Positions 41,961 to 57,227 are shown, numbered from the stretch's first letter. The stretch is DNA of 64,000 bases from Eledone cirrhosa (GCA_964016885.1 OZ024743.1:348626001-348690000); one strand, 5' to 3'. Numbers and translations are program-made. Notes: generated from the sequence alone by a model not told the origin.

Positions 41961-42034
41961 TCACCTGATGAGATCAGTGATAATCGATCATGGCTTCACA
42001 ATTGATCTATCTCTTATTGAAACATGTGTCGTGA
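41961..42034 (+). ncRNA. Type I hammerhead with palindromic stem III
   Basis: tcac CTGATGA gatca...tgatc..att GAAA catgtG TC gtga. Stem III contains the palindrome ACATGT. Confidence 0.75.
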
Positions 42035-42217
42035 TGAAATGATTGGAATTTTACCTTGCCTTCGGATTTTCATTTTGATACTTATACTCCGTTATACATC
42101 ATCTAGCTGTTCCCTTGAATGGAATTGGAGATATACAAAAGCATGGAGAACTTAATATTGCTAACATAAATTTATTGGACCATTTTACACAACCAATAAT
42201 GCACCTTACTATATAAC

Positions 42218-42279
<62 letters not shown>

Positions 42280-42285
<6 letters not shown>

Positions 42286-42608
42286 AAGTTAAATAAAAGT
42301 CAAATGATTAAAATTTAGCTTCGTTTATTACTGCTATATGTACTTCAGTGACAGCCATCTTTGGAAGTGACCTCTTCAGGCAGTTTGAATTAGTATGGTA
42401 TACATATGTACTTGTCTATACCATACTAATTCAAACTGCCTGAAGAGCTCACAGCCAAAGATGGCTGTCACTGAAATATATATAGCAGTAATAAACGAAG
42501 CTAAATTTTAATCATTTGACTTTTATTTTACTTTATTTTACACTACTCCGGAGAAACCAAACCAACCTGCGCACTTCGTCGAGTGCTCCAGCCTGCATAC
42601 ATAAACTA

Positions 42609-42612
<4 letters not shown>
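42280..42612 (+). mobile_element. Fold-back mini-element family C; HHR at 42435-42489 (+), mirror at 42330-42384 (-)
   Basis: ~120-bp arms (42280-42402 / 42417-42540). actgc CTGAAGA gctcacagcca aaga tggctgtcact GAAA tatata TA gcagt. Tail tactc..gagtgc. TA flanks. Confidence 0.87.
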
Positions 42613-42663
<51 letters not shown>

Positions 42664-43064
42664 ACCTATATGTATAAATATATATAAGTCTCTGCATTTT
42701 GTATATAAGTGCTTTAATATTATATATATATACATTTACGTATACATACTTACATATATATATTTATGATGAGTATAGCTTTGCAGGCGTGTCTGTATGT
42801 ATGTGTTGGTGGGCATATGTGTATGTATATAACGTGTGTCTAATATTTACATACTCGCGAACCTCACTGCATGCGTTCACAACCTTACAACCATAGTAAA
42901 CTCTTCATATCGTGCTTCTAAGAAATCTCTCTAACAGTCGAGAATGCATCACTAAGCAAATACTCAATGTGTATGTTAGGGAACACACACATATACGTAA
43001 ATGTGCATAGCCTCACACCCACCCATATATACATATATATACACACACATATACATATATATAT

Positions 43065-43125
<61 letters not shown>

Positions 43126-43313
43126 TATACGTATGCATTTGTATAAACATCGACTGCATTAAATTCATACGCAGACAATTCCTTCGACTTTATGGCACAT
43201 AATTTTATGAACCTAAAGCTACACACACACACACACGTACGCACACGCACATATAAATATATATATACATGTGTGTATTGGGGGGGGGGGTGCATGTATA
43301 GTGTGTATGTTGC

Positions 43314-43350
<37 letters not shown>

Positions 43351-43875
43351 CTTACACATCGGCAAATAAACACATACACAGTCAGTGATGTATGCATTCC
43401 TTTGTTGAAATAATATTAACTTGTCAATCAGAATTCTCCCTTACGCTCTGCCCATAGTTTAAACTAACTGAGTAAAGATTTTAGCTCGCAAATTAAAAGC
43501 TCTCATTAGATGTAGTACAAACAAAATGTCTGAAGGTCCGTGTTTTTTTCCCGCTCGTTTCTGTTGACATGGCCGTCACTCGTGCCGCTGAGGGGCGCTG
43601 TAGTCGTGTCATGATGAGCGTGTGCTATGACAAGAAATATATGCTTGGGTATGCAGCTCTACAACTGCTATACTTTCCTATTATTCTACTTCTTTTTTCT
43701 TTCCTCTTCTTCTTCTCTATCTCCATCTGTTCTCTTCTTCCTTCACCTTCACTTCCTCTCTTTTATTTCCTCTCTGCTTTCTTTCCTTTCCAATCTCCAT
43801 TTCTCTCATCCCCCCTTTTTTTATATGAATCTATTCGTGCATTTCGATTTATATTTTATATCATATATTTACAAT

Positions 43876-44520
<645 letters not shown>

Positions 44521-44977
44521 TATTTATTCTTTATTTGTTCATTACATACGCGATGTTTGTGTGCCTGTGCGTGTTTATGTGCGTGTTGGAGTGTGTATAG
44601 GTGTATAAGTGTATATACGTGTGTATGTTTGTTACAGAGTAAATGAGAAGTGAAGTATGGACGGGGTCGACTCTATAACGCGAAAAAAGCACGTATAAAA
44701 TATTAGTCCAATATGCAAAAAGCGGCTATGAATGTTTGCAGAGGACAACGTGTTCAGACACCTTAAATGTCCCCGGGTCATTTCAAATTAGATAAGATTA
44801 TCAAATAGCTAAGCTGGTTCATGGCACATATCATGCAGCATCATCAACCAACAACAAAACCAACAAAAACAGCAGCAGTTACAACAACAACAACAACAAC
44901 AACAATAACAACAACAGCAACAATAACGTCGATACCGAAAACAAGAAATATACAAGAAAATTAATAAATGATAAAAG

Positions 44978-45020
44978 TAATAATAATAATAATTATAAGA
45001 ATAGTAGTAGTAGTAGTAGT

Positions 45021-45107
<87 letters not shown>

Positions 45108-45170
45108 GTAGTAGTAGTGGTAGTAGTAAGTAATAGTAGTAGCTGCAGCAACATCAGCAGCAGGAGTAGC

Positions 45171-45234
<64 letters not shown>

Positions 45235-45282
45235 ATATTAGTAGTAGCAGTAATAGTAGCAGTAGTAGTAGTAGCAGTAGTT

Positions 45283-45342
<60 letters not shown>

Positions 45343-45343
45343 T
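44978..45343. repeat. (TAG)n microsatellite
   Basis: Direct observation. Confidence 0.95.
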
Positions 45344-45877
45344 TGCATAAGTGTGTAATAGAAATAATAATGATAATAACAATAATAATATTATTGATGC
45401 ATTTGCAAAGGAAAGATGAATGTGCAAATATAAATTCAGGAGAATATAAAGAGGAAATATAGAAAGTGTTATTTTGATAGCGAATGAAAGAAATGCTGTC
45501 CAAAATGAATAAAAAACTATAATACAGTGGAAGAAGGGGTGAACAAACAAAACAATATTAAAATAAAGGAAGAATGTACAGAAATTGGAGACACTCACAC
45601 AGTAAAAAAGCAACAACAAAAAGTTCCTTACAAACGTTGAGGATATTAGGTGTATCGAGTGAAGGGTTTCGTTTGTAAAAGAAAATAGAATAGGAACGAA
45701 AGAGGACAGAGAGAAATATTATCTGCAATTGGGAGACAACATTTAGTGACCCTGTAAAGTGTAAAGCAATATGGAACGGGTTGACGTAGATTGTGGTTAG
45801 ATAGACTGAAAGAAATGTATACTTAAATCATATATCTATATTGTATATATATTCACATATATACACACACACACACA

Positions 45878-45926
<49 letters not shown>

Positions 45927-45945
45927 CCCACACACACACACACAC

Positions 45946-45980
<35 letters not shown>

Positions 45981-45981
<1 letters not shown>

Positions 45982-46897
45982 GCAAATGGAAGTTCAGTAG
46001 AATCGAAGCTCTGGCTAAGGCCATGCTAACGAATGCAATCCGTATGTTTTGGATGATCGAACAGAGGGTTCACTTTCTGAACAGGTTTCCGTTAATACCG
46101 CGGTCGGGTGTGAATTATAGCAGTAAGACTGCTGACGGTCACGTGGTTTTCCCAAAGGGAGGTAACCCACGTTGTGGCGGTCGAAATCCAAATTTTGAAC
46201 AAAGGAATATATTCCTTTCCACAAACCGAATAAACCTCTCGACCAGACGTGATTAAACAAACATAAATAATTAACCAATCAATAGTATTGTCTAATTAAA
46301 TTAATTAATTAATCATTAAGTCTAGGAGTTAATAATACAAAAGGAAGTTCAGTAGAATCGAAGCTCTGACTGCGGCCATGCTAAGGAATGCAATCCGAAA
46401 TGTGCAACTAAGCATTCAATAAGATAGTTTTACCTTAGAATAATAACATTACGTTTAGACAGGTTGACAAATTGAAGACTGAGACCGGTAAGGCAGCCGC
46501 TAAGATCAAAGCAACGAGAAAACCAATTCAGGATAATTTGATAAACCTGGACCATCCCGTCAATATTATGCAATATCCCGGTAGGTTTCTGTGAAAATCC
46601 GAATCAACAAATCCATTGCGGGGTATGCAAGTTATTGGTTATCCCAAAGAGAGGTAACTCCCAGTTTGGCGGTCGAAATTCAAATTTTGAATATATGTAT
46701 TCATATAAATGGGAGTTTAGTAAAATCAAACTTTCGGCTGTGGCCAAGCTGTCGATATACAAAAAGGAATGAGCAGCAAAACACTCGATAAGGCTGTGCC
46801 ACCTTAGAGTAATAACATACGTTAGATCACTTGACAAATTGAAAATTGCGGCAGGCGAGCCTAGCCACATAACACCAAAGCGACGAAAGAACAATCA
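45981..46897. repeat. TA-flanked composite tandem repeat with shuffled sub-units
   Basis: ggaagttcagtagaatcgaagctctg at ~45988, ~46343 and (diverged) ~46711. cccaaag.gaggtaac..ggcggtcgaaat.caaattttgaa at ~46151 and ~46642. ttaga.taataacat.acgtt..ttgacaaattgaa at ~46436 and ~46805. Confidence 0.75.
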
Positions 46898-47077
46898 TAT
46901 ATATATATATGGTTAGGAATTCAGTCTACGCTTTGCTATTTCGTATCCACTGAATTATTTTTTAATAAGTTTCCGGAGTCCTCTTCGGAAAATATATTTA
47001 CTCCATTCCAGAAACTAATTAGTTGGAAGTGATATTTTAGTAAGTAAGTTAATTTTATAATTTTCTTATTTTACGTT

Positions 47078-47473
<396 letters not shown>

Positions 47474-48270
47474 GTGGGTGTATGTACGTATGTATGTATG
47501 TATGTATGTATGTATGTATGTATGTATGTATGTATGTATGTATATTCGCGTCTGTATGCGAATTCGTATAATAGTCTGTAGGATTTGGGGATATAGGCGA
47601 CTAATTACATTAGTAATTTTTAAAAACACAGTGTGTTTAGTAATTCTTATGTCATGATGATTTCATTTAAAGTATATTTAATATTTATACATTTGGTGTA
47701 GCCATGAAATTATATCCTGTCTATAAAACAGAACATCTTCGGAATATGACAGAGAAAAACATCTACATATTTATGTGAAGAATCGTATATCTTACATCTC
47801 AAATTCCAAATTCCTACCAGGTAACCGAGTCCTTAGAGTGTATATAAATGGGATAAACACGCAGGTTAATCGAATTCAAAATATAATATCCCTCCAGGAG
47901 GCGGTTTCTAAAATATCTACAATGGCAACTGTTTTAGTAAGTATTCAAACTAATTATACAAACTTCGCCAAACAACAACCTTTAGACATAACCAGAATTT
48001 CAGTAATATTACCTCGAGTATCAATAACATTAAAAACATTTAAAATTTAGCGTTCATACACAAAAGCCATGTCACACAATTCTTGAACTTTCTGTAATAT
48101 AACACTAACTGCAATTAAACGGATCTATGAAAATTAAGGATTTTACCATTTCACACGCCTCCGAACAACGACTGTTTATACTCGAATTGTATTAGACAAA
48201 CTTTTTCCTAAAGGGGTTAGTCTTATAACACATACGGTATACAGAAACATGGTATATATAAATATATGTA

Positions 48271-48341
<71 letters not shown>

Positions 48342-48345
<4 letters not shown>

Positions 48346-49129
48346 AAAGTTCTATTTAAAATTGTTGGGATACAACAAGTAAATATTTTTATAACTGATA
48401 TAAAGCACTCGACACATTTTTGGAGTAGATATACGATATTAATAAATGGAAACTATATTTATAAAACCATATTTATTTCATTATACATATTTCAGGGATA
48501 CCACATTAAATGATGGTATGCCTTCATCAGACAAAATACAATATATAACCAAACTGTTATATATTGTATTTTTGTTTACCTTTTACAAACACACACACTC
48601 CCCCCCCCACACACATGTATATATATTTATATATATATATATAATATATATGAAAAAGTTTGTCCTTTTTAAAGGTTTGACGTACCCTTTAAAATACAAC
48701 CATTACTTTTGGAGGCTGTCTGGATAGTGATTTGTTCATATAATAAGTCATAGTGTTAAGCACAATTAGAAAAAGACGGAGAGAAAGAAAGAGAAAAGAA
48801 CAAAGACAGAGAGAGAGAAAGAAAAGAGAAAGAAAACCTGGAGAAATATCGGAGAGAGAGAGAAAAGTCTTTGTTCTTTTCTCTTTCTTTCTCTCCGTCT
48901 TTTTCTAATTGTGCTTAACACTATGACTTATTATATGAACAAATCACTATCCAGACAGCCTCCAAAAGTAATGGTTGTATTTTAAAGGGTACGTCAAACC
49001 TATTTGTAAAACTGTTATATATTGTATTTTGTCTGATGAAGGCATACCATCATTTAATGTGGTATCCCTGAAATATGTATAATGAAATAAATATGGTTTT
49101 ATAAATATAGTTTCCATTTATTAATATCG

Positions 49130-49131
<2 letters not shown>
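48342..49131 (-). mobile_element. Fold-back element family E with HHRs at 48474-48538 (-) and 49025-49089 (+)
   Basis: Arms 48432-48807 / 48867-49131. tattttgt CTGATGA aggcatacca..tggtatccct GAAA tatgta TA atgaaata. Tail at 48342-48431. Confidence 0.88.
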
Positions 49132-49161
<30 letters not shown>

Positions 49162-49330
49162 AATATATACTTACATAGATAGATACATATTTTCCCCCAG
49201 CGTTAAAATAATATATTTCTTCAATGCTTTGTGTTGACTGCTTTATTATTTTTGTTTACCTTTTACAAACACACACACTCCCCCCCCCCCCCCACATGTA
49301 TATATATTTATATATATATATATAATATAT

Positions 49331-49700
49331 ATGAAAAAGTTTGTCCTCATCAGTGGCCTTCCAACCGTCGTAGGCATTTCGTCGCATTAAAGGCCATATA
49401 CCTCAGGTTTGTGCGAGCAACGGGTAAAAAAAGTCGTTGGGATACGTAAATAACGAGGACGCTAGGGTAAACAAACAAAATGGTTTAAGCAACAGAAAGT
49501 GATGAAGAAGAAACAAGTCCCAGATTTCTATGAATATAAATTCGGTGGAATCGTGAACGAGAGAATAAAGACCATCAAACCTGGTTGAAATGTGAGCAAG
49601 GAAGGAATTTCGCACAGGTCTAATGGGAGGAAGAAGGGGTCTGGTCTGCGAATTCGGTAAACATAAGTTCTGTGAAGTCGCAGACGAGAGAGAGAGAAAA
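49331..49700 (-). mobile_element. Family P element (second copy), permuted HHR-like motif at 49343-49403
   Basis: Colinear similarity to 12713-13070 over ~350 bp. Confidence 0.8.
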
Positions 49701-49727
49701 AAAATTCATACAAAAAAATTCATATAT

Positions 49728-49936
49728 ATTAGAAAGTGAGTTTTTTTTACAAAATGAAAAAAAAAGCGAGGTGTCCTACTCGAGTGAAAGTATAAGGAAA
49801 AAAGATGAAATCAAAATAGTAGCTGGAGTCTTTTTTAAGAAAAATATATTTATTTGGTTCCTTTACCGGTTACGCAGTTCTTGTGCTTTTCAAAAGTAGA
49901 ATTGAGATGGAGGGTTTGTAGTTTTTCTCACATCTC

Positions 49937-49940
<4 letters not shown>
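49728..49940 (-). mobile_element. Solo pLTR plus tail of the Neptune-type family at 14321-18572
   Basis: ttagaaagtgag..gaggtgtcctac.cgagtg.aagtataa..tttggttcctttaccggtt.cgcagttctt.tgcttttcaaaag..ttgagatggagggt; diverged. Confidence 0.85.
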
Positions 49941-49982
<42 letters not shown>

Positions 49983-49990
<8 letters not shown>

Positions 49991-50881
49991 CAAGGTTTAG
50001 CAAATAGAGAAAAAGTTTTAAAATAAATTTTTAAAAGTTTACTGTACCTAATATATTTACTCTCACCGCGCGGTTTCAAGTCTCAAAATAAATGGATAAT
50101 CCATTCGGAACCACATCGAGAAGGAGACTTTCGTCACAGGGTTCTTCTCACTCGGAGAGTATAAAATTCCCGAGTTCAAATCACGTACTGGCGCCATACA
50201 GAACTGTTCCCGGATGAGAGTGTATGATAAAGAAACAATCTTGTCTAGTGCCGTGTGTAAAGATAGAAGTCAAGGGCGGAAAGGTCAATGTCCTGCCACT
50301 AGAAATAGCAGCAGTTAAAACGACCAAAATGTTATCTCGACCTAAGGGGTGATTAATAATAATAAAGTATGTTTTCCTATGTGCAAAAAATGCATATAGG
50401 GATACATGTATTATCCAACCGTATGCCAATGTGGTTCTATGGCAGGTTAATAAATTAACGAGACAGAACATATATAATCAAGGTTTAGCAAATAGAGAAA
50501 AAGTTTTAAAATAAATTTTAAAAAGTTTACTGTACTTACTATATTTACCCTTACCACGCGGTTTCAAGTCTCAAAATAAATGGATAATCCAATGGAACAC
50601 CATTGAGAAGGAGACTTTCGTCAGAGGGTTCTTCTCACTTGGAGAATATAAAATTCCCGAGTTCAAATCACGCACTGGCGCCATACAGAACTGTTCCCGG
50701 ATGAGAGTGTATGATAAAGAAACACCCCTGTCTAGTGCCGTGTGTAAAGATAGAAGGCAAGGGCGGAAAGGTCAATGCCCTGTCACTAGAAATAGCAGCA
50801 GTTAAAACGACCAAAATGTTATCTCGACCTTAGGGGGGATTAATAATAATAAAGTATGTTTTCCTATGTGCAAAAAATGCA
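49983..50881 (-). mobile_element. Partial tandem (~490 bp period) HHR-bearing repeat (family F)
   Basis: 49983-50393 is repeated at 50471-50881 with scattered differences. Confidence 0.85.
50547..50629 (-). ncRNA. Type I hammerhead ribozyme
   Basis: accct CTGACGA aagtctc [loop] gagactt GAAA cc gcgt gG TA agggt. All three stems pair. The copy at ~50058-50142 has core mutations. Confidence 0.87.
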
Positions 50882-52339
50882 CCAAATAATGTCGTAAAAT
50901 GTTGAAATGACAAGTAATATGTGTACCGAGAGCATCCGCCTTCCTTCTAACTCGAATTATTTGAAATATCTAATGAATAATATTAACATGCTGTTAAAGT
51001 AGCTTTTTATTATTATTGGAGATAAGAAAACCAATAAATCGAATACAAATTTCGTCTCTGTGTGTAAGTGATCATTCTCCCTTTCTTCTTGATGTCGATC
51101 TGTTTTCATTAATCAAGAACATTAACTTTACAAGGCAGAACAAAAACTTCCAAAGGAAACTTAATGCCTATACAAAAAATTAAATATTCAAACAAAACAT
51201 TTGTACAATTTCATTAAAACAAAAACACATTTACGAAACAACCACAGTACTAGCGATTCTTGTCGACGGCTAATGATATTGCTTACAAAAAAAACTAATA
51301 GGAACATTTAAAATAAAATTAGCATGCAACGATAGAAAATTGCACTCATCCTTGGTATTATTAACCTGACAAAAGCACTTAACGTACCAAATATAATTTT
51401 CTATATAAGGACAAAATGCTTTAAATCATATATAGATGTTATTATTAAAAACTACCAAGCGTCATTATTAAACTTACGTTATTATTACATTTACCACTGT
51501 ATACAAATTTACTTGTAGTTACATAATGGTTCAAATAAAAATTAGATTGTATGTGAAAGGAAATTATAGCCGCACGTGTCGAAATTATATGAATGAAAAA
51601 CTCTTTAAAAGTCACGTCATTGTTAGTATGGGATCTAATGGTACTAATGAAAATAGTAACTTCTTTAGATTATAGTTATTATTGAATTAATGTTATAGTC
51701 TACCGCATCGAATGGGCTTATTACAGAATGAACGATCACTTTTTTTTCAGTCTTTAAACCACATGTAGCAAAAAAGAAAATGCACCTCTTCAAAGGCATC
51801 GGAGATTACCTTGGTTATTTAACTTACTAGCATTAATTTCCTGCGTATAATAGTAAACACGAATATCTCTTTATTTAAGCTGTACTCAGAATCTATAGAA
51901 AGCCCATTCAAATAAGGAACCCATACAATTCCCTCTTCTGTCTATCTGACTGTATATATGTATGTATGTATGAATGTATGTATGCATGTGTGTATGTATG
52001 TATATATGTATGTATGTATGAGTTTGTACATATTATATATACGAGTGGACAGACTGATATTCCTCTCACTCTAAAATTTATTTCACGTGAAGCTATTAGT
52101 ATTCACTAAATATCCACTAATTCATAAATGTAAAACCTTACTGTTGAAAAATGTAGTTCCAGCTAAACAACGGCATCTCAAAAACTTGATGTGTATCAAA
52201 TCTTAATGTTATGCGATTGATTACATCTGTAGTACACACTAAATTGAAGTACCTAACGGCATACATAAAAGCACAAAGGATCACTAGAAAATATAATTTC
52301 AAACTGCATGTCATGTCAACCCGTTTAATTAATTGGTGG

Positions 52340-52485
52340 ACGTGGCCGGAAGGAATGGTTTAGAAGTGCCACTCTCAATAATTAGGTCATGGATTTGATC
52401 CCACTGCATGGCACCACTGTAACCGAGTGACGGCCCATGCCTTATGAGACAAAAGGGGAAAACGGAAACTGTTTGAAGCTCGTTG
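52340..52485 (+). mobile_element. tRNA-derived SINE, degenerate
   Basis: tggtttagaagtg...ggatttgatcccactgcatggcacc...acggaaactgtttgaagctc. The 3' part recurs inverted at ~63405-63442. Confidence 0.55.
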
Positions 52486-52565
52486 GAAGGACTAGTTTTA
52501 ATTTAAATGGCCAGCCATGACGCCCATTGTGTAACGTTAAATCATCCTGTGAAATATATCTAAGA

Positions 52566-52815
52566 TACGAGGGTCGACTCAAAAGTTATTAGGCTGACCA
52601 TGATAGTCTCTTGAAATGTGATTAAATGAGGGTTTTTTTTAACATGATCCCCCTTGCAGTCCACACACATCTTTAAATGGTGTTGCAGTGTTGGACTCCA
52701 TTGATAAAGAATGCAGTCATTAATAAGAACATTTGAAATTAATGCATGCAAGATTCTGCAGTTCTAGCATCAATCCTTCATAGACATCCTATGAACTTTT
52801 CAGCCCACCATCGTA
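52566..52815. mobile_element. Non-autonomous Tc1/mariner-type MITE
   Basis: TA-CGAGGGT..AAAAGTT ... AACTTTT..CCATCG-TA imperfect TIRs with TA at both ends. Confidence 0.7.
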
Positions 52816-53298
52816 CACGTGACTGTAAAATGATCAGCCATTTACACGTTAATTAAATTGGTAAGTGTTTTCGTTGATTGCACACAACTCGAACACTCTT
52901 CGTCGATGCCCACGGAGATCCACTCCATGCACTATTATGCAATTCATAAGAATTGGTTGAGATGAATTTTAGTTTTACTGTAAAATAACGGTCAGGTCGT
53001 ATCATAGGCATTTTTCTGCCCGCCAAGGATTAACATCTCTGTTGTAACAGCGTTTTTCTATTTGCAGCAAGGTTCACATATGTCTTGTTAAATTGATATA
53101 TCCATGTTCAATGTAAGTTACTAATTCTTAGAAGCCACGAGAAATTGAGAAGTTTTAAGGTCACATTTGTAGAGTTAGTTTAACCTCACACCCATTATGA
53201 TTATTAAGCATACAACTATTCTTACATAATGTTCTATATATATAAATCCAAATACACACACAAACACACACACACACACACTCACTCACACTAACACA

Positions 53299-53339
<41 letters not shown>

Positions 53340-53511
53340 CATGTGTGTTTAACCTACGCTGTTCATATAACATGACAAACATCTTGCTTGATGCAGGTGA
53401 AACATAACTCTTATGCAGTTTTCTAAATACTAGTTAATTTCTCATTATCTATTGACGCATATTTTGATATATTTTATCTAATCAACCCCGCTCATATAAA
53501 TTTCCATTATA

Positions 53512-54325
53512 TCTATATTTATAAAACTGTGCTTGTCTGTCTGTCTATCGATTTTTGGCACACATCTCCTCTTAGAATCTCTGACGGAATTGCACCGAAA
53601 TTGCTATACTTGTACATTGAGCCGTAGCGAAGACATCGGAAAAAAATATTTCAAATTGACCCACCCTATGTGACGAAATCGAATATAATGTATCGATTTT
53701 TGAGCGTAAGTTATCAGTTATTTCCCTTTGTTCTGTTTACATTGAGCGTCTTACGTAAAAAATTACGCTGGCTTTCTCAGCGTTTAAAATGACATTAACA
53801 CAATACACGAACAGTTGTCGAGCCAGCAAAATATTGACCTGCAAAATTCATCAGTTCGAACACTAAGCTTCCGTTTTGCTTCATTTCCATTTAAAAGCAT
53901 TTTAAAACAATATTTTTACTTGAAAACAAGTCTATTTAAAGACTACGTAAAACAAGCAAATATTTCAGGCGTGCAGACAGACAGTCGTGCAGAGAGGTGA
54001 TATAGGCGTACAGACAGACATAACTGATAATTTGGTTACGCTAATGTTTTTCTCTGCGTTGCAGTGTTTACATTTTCGATCTTTGTTAATAAATAACCAG
54101 TGCAGTTTTTATCCCCAGCATCCTCTTTTGTTATAACATTCGGGTTATCGTTATGTTTTCTTAACTTCATAAGGCATATTGTTGGTTGAGGGAATATTAA
54201 TCAAAAACACCACATGCAAGTCTGCACAGTAGACATTACAGTTTTTAAGCCAAAAAAGAAACTTAACATTGTAACTTTTACACAGCTACTGAGCGACCCC
54301 GAGCAACGCCGGGCTTTACTGCTAG
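53512..54325 (+). mobile_element. Non-autonomous Helitron
   Basis: A|TC start followed by a (TGTC)n stretch, subterminal hairpin cccg agcaacgc cggg, and CTAG|T end. Confidence 0.8.
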
Positions 54326-55038
54326 TCATTAATAAATTTAAGTTAAATCTTTGAAAACAATAAGGAATATAATAGGGTATAGTACTGTGATCGCAGATAT
54401 GTTCATTCATGATTCCTGACGTCCCAGCAAAATATTAATTTTATGATGACACAAATTGGTAATATTTCTTGATAAGGATGCCATGATGTTTTATGTAGTA
54501 GAATGTTTCAACCACGTAGACATTTCTCATCTCTATCAAAAAGAAAAAGGTTATTTTTAAGCAGGTACGGCAAGCAATATTTCCCTTCTGACTTTTTTTA
54601 TAATTTTAACTACTGTTTCAGAATGAGGTCAGGGTTTTTTTTTTATTTTTCTATAGGGATTTTTCATCCACCTTCCGTTTCCAATCTATAACCTACTGTA
54701 TATTCTAGGGGACTGTTCTGTTAGGTGCTGGCATGGTTATTTATAGTTCAATGCAAAGTATAGAATGTAAGTTTGAATTTACTGAAAGATTAATATTTTT
54801 TATTTTATTAATATATTTTTTTAGATTCCAACATCGGCATTCATATTCAATGTAAGTCATAGTGGCGTTTCACAAAGATCTTCATACTCCAAATCGAATG
54901 GGGTCTAACTATTTCTGATATTAATAGAGTATTTTTTGTAACATTAACGTGGCATATATTTCTGTCACCTATTGTTTACTTTTAGTCGAGTAATTTACTT
55001 GTTTTATTGTACACACACGCACGCTCACACACACACAC

Positions 55039-55117
<79 letters not shown>

Positions 55118-55280
55118 TGCACACATCAGTGTGTGTGAGAGTCTGTCTGTATATTTGTGTGTGTGTTTATACATATATGTACATGTATATATATTCATAT
55201 TTGTGTATCAATATATATGTGTGTATATATATAAATATATATATATATATTTCGTTTCATGACCCTCCCAAAGTATAACA

Positions 55281-55356
<76 letters not shown>

Positions 55357-55834
55357 GCATGACTTCTTCAAATGTATTCTTTAAAAAGATCAATCCGTCA
55401 ACAAATCGTGCCTGTCTGAAAAGGCAACTTTCAACCTTCTCCTTAGAATCTATGCACAAAACTCACAACTGAACGTTTGAATACGAAGGTCAGTTCAGCA
55501 ACCTATTGAACAGGGCCATTTAATAGCAGCAAACCTCAACTCAGGCATTGCCATTTCTCTCGTAGAATACTTTCTCTGCTTCCACATCCATTCCCACATA
55601 CATTATATATTACACACCTCACTGTATATATTTTTGTTTGCTTGTGGTATCTTTTGCATATATTTATATCTTTGAAATATATTGAAACCTATTAATGTAA
55701 TAGTTTGTTCATGTTTATGTGTAACGATATGTATATGTGTATATCTCTTCTCTATTCATGTGTTGTTTGATGCGGCCGTATATTCATAGAAACATTCTCA
55801 CCCATACACACACACACATATATATATAAACGCG

Positions 55835-55865
<31 letters not shown>

Positions 55866-55866
55866 T

Positions 55867-55911
<45 letters not shown>

Positions 55912-56231
55912 GTCTGTGTCTGTATGTTTGTATGTGAGGGGTGTGTGTGTATGTATGTATGTGTGTAGGATGTGAGTATATATGTATGAAAATGCGTTAC
56001 ATTGTGAGAATACATGTGCGTGTAGGCAGTTATCTATGTACACATACATTGAGATATATATTTGAAAGCTTTAAGATATGCAATAACACATCTATACATG
56101 AAAATGTACACAATCGAATAGAAAATATATATATATATATATATAAGTGGTGATGTGGTCTGTTGTCTTTGAATTTGAATGTGTATGCATGCACACGTAG
56201 ATCAGCATACACATATAACACATGAACACAC

Positions 56232-56287
<56 letters not shown>

Positions 56288-56909
56288 TGTGGTGTGTGTG
56301 TCTGTGTGTCTAAGTGTTTATATGTATCTATGCTTATATGTAATCTTGTAAAAATATGCCTACACATATAAAAGGGGATAGACAAACGTAGAAATTATAT
56401 AGAACATATACAACGCAAATATACATCTATTGAAATCAAAAGACTACACGAACACAAACTTTCAGATAATTATAAATTTATATATAAACATATACACACG
56501 CAAACATATGCATAATTGGCAAGTGTTAATTCTGCGCTCAGTTCACTCAAAATGTCTGAGGTTGTAGTCAGTCAAATAGAATGATATCACTAGAAATAAC
56601 AATATTCAAAAGAGAATAAGGCTTTAGAAAGTTTTCCATATAGCTACGCCAGGAAACATTACTGGGGCTTTTCAAAACAAGTCTTATGATTGGCGCGACC
56701 GTCTACATGCAGGCATTTAGTTTGATATTCTCACCTAATCTCTCTCTCATAGAAACATGCTCTGGCTTTCTAAGGCTTTAAAAATGATACGTTGGTGTCT
56801 GTTCATTTCTCTGAGTGTGTATATGTATGGCCGTATATGTGTATTTCTGTGTGCGTGTGCGTTTATGCGTGTGTGTGAGCATATTTGTACCCGTATTTAT
56901 GCGTATATA

Positions 56910-57002
<93 letters not shown>

Positions 57003-57227
57003 AGATCAAAAGATGGTTAAAGGAGTTCAATATATTTTATTATGCGCATTTCAAAAACAAACATCATCAAACAATAATATTTGTGTTTTCATCAGATAAA
57101 ACAGGAGAACATGATATGAAGGCTAAAAAAAACACTTGTTGATAGTGCAGTTTTAAATCAACATATGTTGATTTAAAACTGCACTATCAACAAGTGTTTT
57201 TTTTAGCCTTCATATCATGTTCTCCTG

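Larger units (their letters stand above)
38969..42220 (+). mobile_element. Naiad-type Penelope-like element, RT core deleted, with inverted 5' pLTR (38969-39095) and 3' pLTR (41956-42080), in (TA)n
   Basis: The termini are reverse complements. Coding relics are typical of the DKT-type (Naiad) PLE clade. TA tracts on both sides. Confidence 0.88.
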
